From positions 1 through 35,426 of IMG/VR virus record IMGVR_UViG_3300017743_000047: a DNA stretch of 35,426 bases; one strand, 5' to 3'. Of this stretch, positions 17,627-24,714 are shown piece by piece. A program made the translations under genes and the position numbers. Below the pieces are notes generated by a model. The model was given only the letters and a program-made list of their open reading frames with translations. It did no database searches and was not told the origin of the DNA. This DNA is from a virus. Lineage: Duplodnaviria > Caudoviricetes. Within the stretch, counting starts at the first letter, position 1. Every line of letters starts with the position of its first letter.

Positions 17627-18043
17627 ATGAAAACAGTAAAACAGACAATTAGTGAGCCTTGTCCTTGTTGTAAGCAACGTTGGACTAGAGAGGTTGACGT
17701 ACCTGCACCAATCGACGGATTGACATTTTATGTCGTTATGGGTAGTAAAAGTAAAGTAGACTTGACAATAGAGTATCACGACGTAATAGATACTAGTCTT
17801 AATGGAGACACAGACGTAGTAACAGACTTGACATTCAATAATGCAATAGTCTTTATCTCTGTGTTCGCACAGCAACAACTAAAAGACAATACATATCTAC
17901 GTGTCGAGTCCAATATTATGGACACTTACGAGATAAGTGACAGACGTATTACACTTGACGCAACCAACATACAAGACGCATTAAAGACACTACGCAAAGC
18001 ATATCGACAAGCACGTAGAGTCTGGACGCCAGGCAGGTTATAG
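17627..18043 (+). CDS. Hypothetical early protein with N-terminal CPCC
   Basis: 138 aa with a GAAAGGA SD. Confidence 0.8.
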   Translation: MKTVKQTISEPCPCCKQRWTREVDVPAPIDGLTFYVVMGSKSKVDLTIEYHDVIDTSLNGDTDVVTDLTFNNAIVFISVFAQQQLKDNTYLRVESNIMDTYEISDRRITLDATNIQDALKTLRKAYRQARRVWTPGRL

Positions 18044-18136
18044 ACGATAGTATGTTTATAGACGATAACAGATTTTTTATATTTTTTGTAAATAAGAAAG
18101 CTAGACTAATAGTGTCTAGGAAAGAGAGCAGACGCA

Positions 18137-18277
18137 ATGTGTAATAATTGCAATACTAGTAAAACAAGACCATTCCCAGGAATGGACGGACGTGGTATAG
18201 ATGGACGCAAGACTATACCTAATTCGGTAGATAAAAAGGAAAAGAAAAATGATAGAAGACAAGATAAAAACGCATAG
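18137..18277 (+). CDS. 46-aa putative micro-protein
   Basis: Hand translation: MCNNCNTSKTRPFPGMDGRGIDGRKTIPNSVDKKEKKNDRRQDKNA. Purine-rich upstream sequence; overlaps the next gene. Confidence 0.45.
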   Translation: MCNNCNTSKTRPFPGMDGRGIDGRKTIPNSVDKKEKKNDRRQDKNA

Positions 18278-18470
18278 ACGCAATTTGCAAATGTTATCAG
18301 GTATTGATAGACAAATTAAGGAATTGCAGTCGGCGATTTTCAATTTCTATTCAGAAAATGAAGTCGTACAAGATAAGAAAAACAAAGTAGTTCAAGACAT
18401 CGCAAAACTACGTCAAGACTTAGAAGACGTCAGACGTGAGAACTACGAGATTACGAAGGCAATCATATAA
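18249..18470 (+). CDS. Hypothetical coiled-coil protein
   Basis: 73 aa with an AAGGA SD. Confidence 0.75.
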   Translation: MIEDKIKTHRRNLQMLSGIDRQIKELQSAIFNFYSENEVVQDKKNKVVQDIAKLRQDLEDVRRENYEITKAII

Positions 18471-18686
18471 ATGATATACCTTAAACCAGATAAGAACGGG
18501 CGTCCACGTAAGCTAACAAGACAACAACAAAAACGTCTTGCTTACAAGCGACGCCTATGGTTTGTTAAAAGAAAATATGATAATTTTATTGGTATGGACA
18601 ACATACGTTATACCTATAGTCGCAATCAAGCAAAGCGACTATCAACAAGAGAAAAATTTTGGCTTACAGTAGTAGGCACACAATGA
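18471..18686 (+). CDS. Hypothetical basic protein
   Basis: 71 aa, Arg/Lys-rich; abuts the upstream stop codon. Confidence 0.65.
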   Translation: MIYLKPDKNGRPRKLTRQQQKRLAYKRRLWFVKRKYDNFIGMDNIRYTYSRNQAKRLSTREKFWLTVVGTQ

Positions 18687-18691
18687 TTATA

Positions 18692-18795
18692 GCGACGAGT
18701 CGTAATCAGTATGGACAAATAGTCGATTTGTCTGGGTGTTATTCCTTTCGCACCGATATGTATTCGTCGCATACTTCGCCTATACAGGATATAGG
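18692..18795 (+). ncRNA. Three-way-junction RNA with anti-SD loop, in the leader of the amidotransferase gene
   Basis: Stems 18692-700/18762-70, 18712-20/18726-34, 18735-39/18750-54 (loop UAUUCCUUUC) and 18779-84/18790-95. Multiple G-U pairs. Confidence 0.6.
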
Positions 18796-18826
18796 GATTT
18801 TAAACAAAAACAAAGGAGATTAGACT

Positions 18827-19879
18827 ATGTGTGGTATATATGGAATAGCAAAGTCGCCGACGCCGTACACTAAGAGACAACATAAAATTGTCAAAAAGGT
18901 GTTGCGTGAAATAGCAACAGATAGTGAGACTAGAGGGTCTCATTCGTCTGGTATTGCTAAGGTCGGGACTAGCACTAGAGTATATAAATCACTATTGCCG
19001 TCTGGCAAATTCGTAGACTCCAAAGAATATAATAATGCAGTCAAGTCATTAATTGACCAGTCATATATATTGCTTGGACATACACGATTTGCGACAGAAG
19101 GAGCAATAGTCAAATCGAACGCACACCCATTTAGAGTCGGCGACGTCGTCGGAGCTCACAATGGTTGCGTTTACAATATTAAAGAAATGCAAAGTAAACT
19201 AGACAAACAATGTCCAGTAGACTCACAGCTTATCTTTAAGTCAATAGATAGCAACGATAACATACAAGATGCAGTCAAAGATTTTGACAGCGACTTTGCG
19301 TTATCCTTCGTTAAGAAAAATCCAATGGTATTGTATTTGTGTAGAGAGACGAATCGTCCTTTACACGTTGCATACATTCCTGAACTTAAAACGTTGTTCT
19401 ATGCAAGCGAATCGTCATTTATTGACGATGCTTTAGCGATGCATAATATAAAAGCAGACGTTTATAGTCTTAACAAAAATACATTATATGCTTTTGATAC
19501 GTCGAAGTTTGACGATTTAAAGACTAATGTAGAAAAGACATTGTTCGAGTATCAGTCAAGAACATATCAATGGAATGTCAATCGTTATCCGACAAGCACT
19601 TATGGAACGTATAAGTCTAGCTTAGACTATGCACAAGAAGTAGAGCTTGGATATGATGATGACGATGAAAGCGATTGGTCAAAAGCTTGGCTTAGCGACG
19701 AAGCAACTGAGTTAGCTAATATCTTTCAGACAAGTCCTCAGTCTTGGTTTTTTGACGATTCTGACGATACTTGGTATTACGTCTGTCCTAATACTGAAAA
19801 TGTATATAGTGAAGAACAGATGTTTGAAGACAAGTATGGACTGGATTCTTTTGAAAGAGTAGAGGTCTACAATGAATAG
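18827..19879 (+). CDS. Class II (Ntn) glutamine amidotransferase with acidic C-terminal extension
   Basis: MCGIYG (Cys2 nucleophile), TRGSHSSG, GHTRFAT, NAHPF, AHNG, VDSQ and YASE. Confidence 0.93.
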   Translation: MCGIYGIAKSPTPYTKRQHKIVKKVLREIATDSETRGSHSSGIAKVGTSTRVYKSLLPSGKFVDSKEYNNAVKSLIDQSYILLGHTRFATEGAIVKSNAHPFRVGDVVGAHNGCVYNIKEMQSKLDKQCPVDSQLIFKSIDSNDNIQDAVKDFDSDFALSFVKKNPMVLYLCRETNRPLHVAYIPELKTLFYASESSFIDDALAMHNIKADVYSLNKNTLYAFDTSKFDDLKTNVEKTLFEYQSRTYQWNVNRYPTSTYGTYKSSLDYAQEVELGYDDDDESDWSKAWLSDEATELANIFQTSPQSWFFDDSDDTWYYVCPNTENVYSEEQMFEDKYGLDSFERVEVYNE

Positions 19880-21626
19880 TAGCGACGGATTAAGTCAAGA
19901 AGTACAAGAAGAACTAAACAATGAAATGTATTGTTGTGTAGATTGTAGCGTCGAAACTAATTCCGTATCAGACTTTACTGAAAACGACACGTCAGAACTT
20001 GTATGTCATGATTGTTATGACGAAAACTACACAGAATGTTATGAGTGTAGTACGACTTTACATAGTGATGATACGTACGATTTCAATGGCGACCTCAGAT
20101 GTATGTCTTGTCATAACGATATTTGTCAGGAATGTCCCGAATGTGGCACTGAATGTCACAGGGACGATATGGTATGGTCAGACAGATATGGAGATTACCT
20201 ATGTGATTATTGTTACGAAGAACATGAATCAAATAGCTACCCCGAGTGGGAAGTCTATTCAAATTCATTCGTCAAAACAAGAACTACATTCGTAAATCCT
20301 GAGTCAGACTATTATCGTAACGACACATTCTATATGATAGAGTCAAAAAGATACGTTGGACTAGAACTGGAGACTAACTTCAGGTATGACGAGAGTTTAG
20401 GAGACGTCCAAGACGACCTTAACTTCGCACTTGGAAAAACAAGAAACACAGATAACCAAGACGATTTTTATCGTTTAGGTAAAAGTTCTGTTGTGTCTGA
20501 TGGTAGTGTTACAAGTTCAGCACATAGATATGGCGCAGAACTTGTAATGCGTCCACGTCGTGGAGATAAGGTAATTGAAGATGCAGACTTTATGTGTAAA
20601 CGTCTAGAACAAGAATGGAATGCATATGCTTCTTTCAAGACTGGACTTCACTTACATATAGATGTCCAAGACTACGACTGGATACATTGTTGTGTCTTAA
20701 CACTATTTACTAAACTAATGGAGCCACATATTTATACGTGGTTGCCTAAGTCTAGATACTATGGTAGTGGACATCAACGTTGGTCTAGACCTGTTACACA
20801 ACCAGTCTACGATTTTCAATATGTCAGTAGTAGAGATGAATTTATAGACTTCTTCTACGACAATGGTGGTTATACAAACGATAAGTATAACGACAAAAGA
20901 TACGTTGGACTGAATTGGCATAGCCACTTTCAAGCCAATCAAGGTCTGGAAATACGTTATCATTCAGGTACGTTGCAAAAAGAGAAAATCAAACATTGGA
21001 CGAAGTTTTGGACGCAAGTCGTTGACAAGTCTTTTGAGATAACTGAACAAATGACGAATGACTACGATTTTGGTTCATCGTCGATGTATCAGTCTTTGAC
21101 AATGCCTCCGTCGATAAAGACAAAACTTGCAAAGTTGTCAACTAGGTACCATGGTGATAGTTTTTCACATAGTTCCGACGTAGGTCAGTCTACTGACGTA
21201 TATGAGTATAGGAAAAAATCTGAGGTATTACGACGATATCTTGGTTTACCTAAAAAAGATAGACCTTATCTATTAAAGCCTATGGTTTACTATTTAAGAA
21301 ATAGAATTGATAGGTCTGTAATGTCGATAGAGAATATCTTTGACGTGTTTGAAATAGACAAAGAAACTCAGGATTTTTACAAAGGTAGAACTGAGCAATT
21401 GAGATTGTCTATGGAAGAACACGTTGCGACAAAATTCTACAATGACGTATTTGGTTCTGTAGATACGATTGTAGAGTTTGACAAAAACACTTGTAGGTTT
21501 GAATATAAAGACATATTCAAAGATACATTCTTGTTAGTCAATGACGACAGACGAGATGACTTTATAAGTGAGCATGGTGCAAAACAACAAGTAGACTATG
21601 ATTTATTACGTGACTATATGTTGTAA
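19872..21626 (+). CDS. Putative amidoligase (COOH-NH2 ligase, glutamine-synthetase-like fold) with N-terminal Zn fingers
   Basis: VGLELE, SDGSV, GAELV, TGLHLHI, RYVGLN and LEIRYHSGT. Six CxxC pairs in the first ~115 aa. Confidence 0.88.
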   Translation: MNSSDGLSQEVQEELNNEMYCCVDCSVETNSVSDFTENDTSELVCHDCYDENYTECYECSTTLHSDDTYDFNGDLRCMSCHNDICQECPECGTECHRDDMVWSDRYGDYLCDYCYEEHESNSYPEWEVYSNSFVKTRTTFVNPESDYYRNDTFYMIESKRYVGLELETNFRYDESLGDVQDDLNFALGKTRNTDNQDDFYRLGKSSVVSDGSVTSSAHRYGAELVMRPRRGDKVIEDADFMCKRLEQEWNAYASFKTGLHLHIDVQDYDWIHCCVLTLFTKLMEPHIYTWLPKSRYYGSGHQRWSRPVTQPVYDFQYVSSRDEFIDFFYDNGGYTNDKYNDKRYVGLNWHSHFQANQGLEIRYHSGTLQKEKIKHWTKFWTQVVDKSFEITEQMTNDYDFGSSSMYQSLTMPPSIKTKLAKLSTRYHGDSFSHSSDVGQSTDVYEYRKKSEVLRRYLGLPKKDRPYLLKPMVYYLRNRIDRSVMSIENIFDVFEIDKETQDFYKGRTEQLRLSMEEHVATKFYNDVFGSVDTIVEFDKNTCRFEYKDIFKDTFLLVNDDRRDDFISEHGAKQQVDYDLLRDYML

Positions 21627-21632
21627 AGACAA

Positions 21633-21680
21633 TCAAGATGGCGTCCGACAATTTTATGTCGGGCGTCGCTTGGTTTTTTT
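21633..21680 (+). terminator. Rho-independent terminator closing the amidoligase operon
   Basis: 12-bp stem UGGCGUCCGACA/UGUCGGGCGUCG plus a CAAG/CUUG extension, followed by U7. Confidence 0.85.
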
Positions 21681-21730
21681 GATTTTATTTATGAAATTTT
21701 TACAAAAGCTCGACAAAAAGCTCGATAGCA

Positions 21731-21772
21731 GACAACAAAGTTCTTGGAATTGTAGATTATTTTTTATAACTT
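21731..21772 (+). promoter_or_regulatory. Second-class promoter B
   Basis: TTGGAA-N17-TAACTT just after the terminator; homologous to 17510-17551. Confidence 0.55.
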
Positions 21773-21798
21773 GTGGAGTGGAAATATATATGAACAAA

Positions 21799-21914
21799 AT
21801 TGCAGGCAGTCATAGTAAACAATTAATGCTAGAAACAGGACTAGCGTCGGTATCCAATCCGATGCCTTCGTGTGTAGCAAATACGTTTATTGGTCTGGCG
21901 ACGCTGCCTGCAAT
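21799..21914 (+). ncRNA. Multi-stem (cloverleaf-like) structured RNA
   Basis: 12-bp closing stem 21799-810/21903-914, 8-bp inner stem, and three hairpins around a junction. Confidence 0.65.
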
Positions 21915-21932
21915 ACAACAATGGGAGATAAA

Positions 21933-22151
21933 ATGAGAGGTAAAAAAGAAACATCAATACATAAAGACCCTGCTTTTATCAAGGTATATGTTCCGATTAC
22001 TCATGACGAAGAGACTGGGCTAGATGTATGGGATGTAGACTTTGCTTACAATGAGTTTGGTAATGCTATTAAAGAGTTTGAGAACGACAATGATATGCGT
22101 TATGACGAATGGAATAGCAAGCAAAGAGATTATATGAATGACCAAAGATGA
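21933..22151 (+). CDS. Hypothetical acidic protein
   Basis: A GGGAGA SD precedes ATG 21933; the track's GTG start lies inside the RNA element. Confidence 0.75.
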   Translation: MRGKKETSIHKDPAFIKVYVPITHDEETGLDVWDVDFAYNEFGNAIKEFENDNDMRYDEWNSKQRDYMNDQR

Positions 22152-22468
22152 GTTATCTTGGATTCATATCAACTGAAAAGAGCGAGTCGTCTAAAGGTCT
22201 ATGGGAGCCAACGGTTGTTTGTAAGTGTGGCAATAGACATGAGGGCGACGAGCCAAGTATTAATGTTAAAGAATGTGAACAATGCGAGGAAACAATGATT
22301 GAACACGAAGAAGGTATTATGGAAATGATAGATAGAGACGATAAAGTTTGGATGTCTACTTGTTGTGGCGGTAGTGCTATAACAGAATTAGTAGAAGACG
22401 GAGACATAGGCGTTGCTATATGTAGCGAATGTAGAGACTGGTCAGACTTTGAATTGGAGGAAGAATGA
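22148..22468 (+). CDS. Double Zn-ribbon protein
   Basis: CKCG..CEQC and STCCGG..ICSEC; ATGA overlaps at both ends. Confidence 0.75.
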   Translation: MSYLGFISTEKSESSKGLWEPTVVCKCGNRHEGDEPSINVKECEQCEETMIEHEEGIMEMIDRDDKVWMSTCCGGSAITELVEDGDIGVAICSECRDWSDFELEEE

Positions 22469-22641
22469 GTAAAGAAATAAAGATAGACAAAGCGTGGTCT
22501 ATAAGACACGAAGGTCATTTGAATAAGAATAATATTATATTCAATGATAAAATAAAACGACTAGTGCAAGACTTAGAAGTAGTTAATAACAGCCTAGGGC
22601 ACTATGTGCTAAAGGAGGGCGAATGGACAAAAACGAAATAA
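22465..22641 (+). CDS. 58-aa hypothetical protein
   Basis: Hand translation: MSKEIKIDKAWSIRHEGHLNK...EGEWTKTK. GGAGG SD and ATGA overlap. Confidence 0.7.
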   Translation: MSKEIKIDKAWSIRHEGHLNKNNIIFNDKIKRLVQDLEVVNNSLGHYVLKEGEWTKTK

Positions 22642-22829
22642 GAGACTTAAATAAATATAGGTCTGAAAGAGCTATAGCAATTAATAAAATGATACTTGAA
22701 CTTACTGCAGAACTAGACGAACTAGGCTATAGAATAGAAACTGAATACAAAATAGGTGCAGGCTGGACAAGTGAAATAGTTAACAACAACACTGGAGAGA
22801 ATCATGGGCAAAGGTTACGAGAAGTTTAA
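22623..22829 (+). CDS. Hypothetical protein
   Basis: 68 aa with an AAGGAGG SD. Confidence 0.75.
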   Translation: MDKNEIRDLNKYRSERAIAINKMILELTAELDELGYRIETEYKIGAGWTSEIVNNNTGENHGQRLREV

Positions 22830-23016
22830 AAGAGTGGATAAAGAATTAGACAAACTACTTCTTTATCTAGAGAAATTAGAAGAAGACCACGCAAGAGCAA
22901 AAAGCAATTTTAGAAAATATAAAGAAGCTTTTGATATACTTCATTATTATTTTGATAGTTTGCCTGATGATTTCAAGCAAGATGTAGATAAATCACTTAC
23001 AAAACTTGGATTATAA
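22804..23016 (+). CDS. Hypothetical coiled-coil protein
   Basis: 70 aa with a GGAGA SD. Confidence 0.75.
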   Translation: MGKGYEKFKRVDKELDKLLLYLEKLEEDHARAKSNFRKYKEAFDILHYYFDSLPDDFKQDVDKSLTKLGL

Positions 23017-23032
23017 AGTTTTAAAGTTTTAT

Positions 23033-23062
23033 TTGACTAAGGTAAAACTATTTAACTATATT
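23033..23062 (+). promoter_or_regulatory. Promoter of the recombination/replication operon
   Basis: TTGACT-N18-TATATT-N6-ATG. Confidence 0.7.
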
Positions 23063-23068
23063 CTGTGT

Positions 23069-23260
23069 ATGATAAATACTAAAGATAGATATCAAACCTC
23101 TTTTGTTGTAGACAAAAAACTTTGGATAAAGTTTAAGTCAAAAACGACGAAAGAAGGTATGTCAATTAAAGATAAATTACATAGTTTGATGACAGACTAC
23201 GTAAATGACAAGGAGACAAATAATGCCCGCGATTGGTTTCGTTTACCCAGATGGAGATAA
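23069..23260 (+). CDS. Ribbon-helix-helix transcription regulator
   Basis: YQTSFVVDKKLWIKFKSKTTKEGMSIKDKLHSLMTDYV fits the Arc/CopG-like strand-helix-helix pattern. Confidence 0.75.
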   Translation: MINTKDRYQTSFVVDKKLWIKFKSKTTKEGMSIKDKLHSLMTDYVNDKETNNARDWFRLPRWR

Positions 23261-24104
23261 AGTAACATTTGAAGAAGTAAACAAGGGCAATGTCGATATT
23301 GTTAAAATGGGTATGTCACTACCTACTTTAATTGAAATGTCGAAAGAAAGAGACCCTAATAGAAAGCCGTCAACAACGGAACTTCTAAACGGAGCTTGTG
23401 AATCTTATCTTAAGAGGACTAAAGATTATTATATAGACCCTCAAGATAGAGCATTTTCTCTAGCAGGAACAATGCATCACGCTGCCTTAGAACAACACGA
23501 AGACGATAGACATTTATTAGAAGAAAAGTTAGAAGAGTTTGACATAACTGGAATAGCCGACTTGTATGACAAGGAGACTAAGATGTTATTAGACTATAAG
23601 AATACTGGTTCTTATAAATGTGCTCAACTACTAGGGATGACATACAAACTAATACCAGACCCGTCTGGTGCTAAATACAAAATGAGCGGTAAGTGGGGAA
23701 AAAAAGGTTCTCCTAAGATGGTAAAACAATGGTATCGCGACGAAGGTTTAGCAGACTATGGAGACTGGGGCTGGCAGGTAAATTGGTATAGATATCTTTT
23801 GAATAAAGCTGGATACGACGTAGAACATATGTATATTCAGGTTACTTTAAGAGACGGAGGTCTAGCTGTATCTAGAGATAGAGGTCTAGACAAACATATT
23901 TACCTGATTGAAATACCAAAGTACGATGATGAAGTACTAGAGAATAAGTTTCTATCTGCTAGAGATGAGCTTGTAAAAGCTCTGGAAACAGGAAACTTAC
24001 CACAAAAATGCAGTAAAGAACAAACCTGGGGCGGTAGAAAATGTCAAGCATATTGCGATGTCAGAAATCTATGTCCTTACAACAACGGGAGTATAAATGG
24101 GTAA
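23223..24104 (+). CDS. Cas4-like PD-(D/E)XK exonuclease
   Basis: STT..C, GTMHHAALE, ITGIADLYD, LLDYK, QVNWY and C-terminal KC...KCQAYCDVRNLC. AAGGAG SD before ATG 23223. Confidence 0.85.
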   Translation: MPAIGFVYPDGDKVTFEEVNKGNVDIVKMGMSLPTLIEMSKERDPNRKPSTTELLNGACESYLKRTKDYYIDPQDRAFSLAGTMHHAALEQHEDDRHLLEEKLEEFDITGIADLYDKETKMLLDYKNTGSYKCAQLLGMTYKLIPDPSGAKYKMSGKWGKKGSPKMVKQWYRDEGLADYGDWGWQVNWYRYLLNKAGYDVEHMYIQVTLRDGGLAVSRDRGLDKHIYLIEIPKYDDEVLENKFLSARDELVKALETGNLPQKCSKEQTWGGRKCQAYCDVRNLCPYNNGSING

Positions 24105-24714
24105 AATGGCTGAATTAGATATGTATCAATCTGATATAGAATCATTGCACGACGAAGCAATGCAATACGACTTGATAGTATCTAAACATCAAAAGGTTTC
24201 AGAAGAACCTACTCCAAGCGACGTAGTTAAAAGTAGAAATGGTTTTGATTATGTAGATGAAGGATATATGCGTTGGCGTCTAAACCAACATTATCCTATA
24301 TGGTCTTGGGAAGTAATTAAGTACGAGACCCTTGGAGACAAAGCTATTGTAGTTCACGGACGTCTTAAAGTTATTGACGAAGGTGTTCCTCGTAGTTTTG
24401 ACTCAGTTGCAGCACATAGAATAGCAGTATCTAGAAATGGCTCAGGGTATGTAGACTTAGGTAATGACCTAAAAGCTGCTAACTCAGATGCGTTTAAAGT
24501 TGCAGTAAACAGACTATGTAATGTAGCAGACGATGTATATCGTAAGCAGTACATAGATAAAAGTCTTGACGAGTCTCAATATAATTCAGTAATGGATTCT
24601 ATTGCAGAACTAGAAAAAGACGAAGCAGACAAAGTGTATAAAGCGCTTCAGTCTGGTAAGATAAATAAAGACAACTACGAAAAGTTGTTGTCTAAATTAA
24701 AAGGGAGTAAATAA
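24097..24714 (+). CDS. Rad52/Sak-like single-strand annealing protein
   Basis: GFDYVD...RLN...WSWEV...LKAANSDAFKVA; lies between the exonuclease and SSB genes. Confidence 0.85.
   Translation: MGKMAELDMYQSDIESLHDEAMQYDLIVSKHQKVSEEPTPSDVVKSRNGFDYVDEGYMRWRLNQHYPIWSWEVIKYETLGDKAIVVHGRLKVIDEGVPRSFDSVAAHRIAVSRNGSGYVDLGNDLKAANSDAFKVAVNRLCNVADDVYRKQYIDKSLDESQYNSVMDSIAELEKDEADKVYKALQSGKINKDNYEKLLSKLKGSK

Noticed and set aside
18116-18245. Cluster of GGA motifs as a CsrB-like sponge RNA
   Set aside because: Most are explained by Gly/Met-Asp codons of the 46-aa ORF and by SD sequences; they are not in repeated hairpin loops.
21799-21914. tRNA interpretation of the cloverleaf
   Set aside because: No TTC T-loop, no GG D-loop, and wrong stem and loop sizes.
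21598-21936. 112-aa track ORF and the GTG-extended start at 21870
   Set aside because: The ORF crosses a terminator, a promoter and a structured RNA. Only the 21790-21936 part remains a possible leader peptide.
23006-23068. N-terminal extension of the RHH ORF from TTG 23006
   Set aside because: It spans the promoter; ATG 23069 gives a canonical RHH start.
23223-24104. Cas4-like gene as evidence of a CRISPR system
   Set aside because: No repeat-spacer array or other cas genes; the context (annealase, SSB) indicates a recombination exonuclease.
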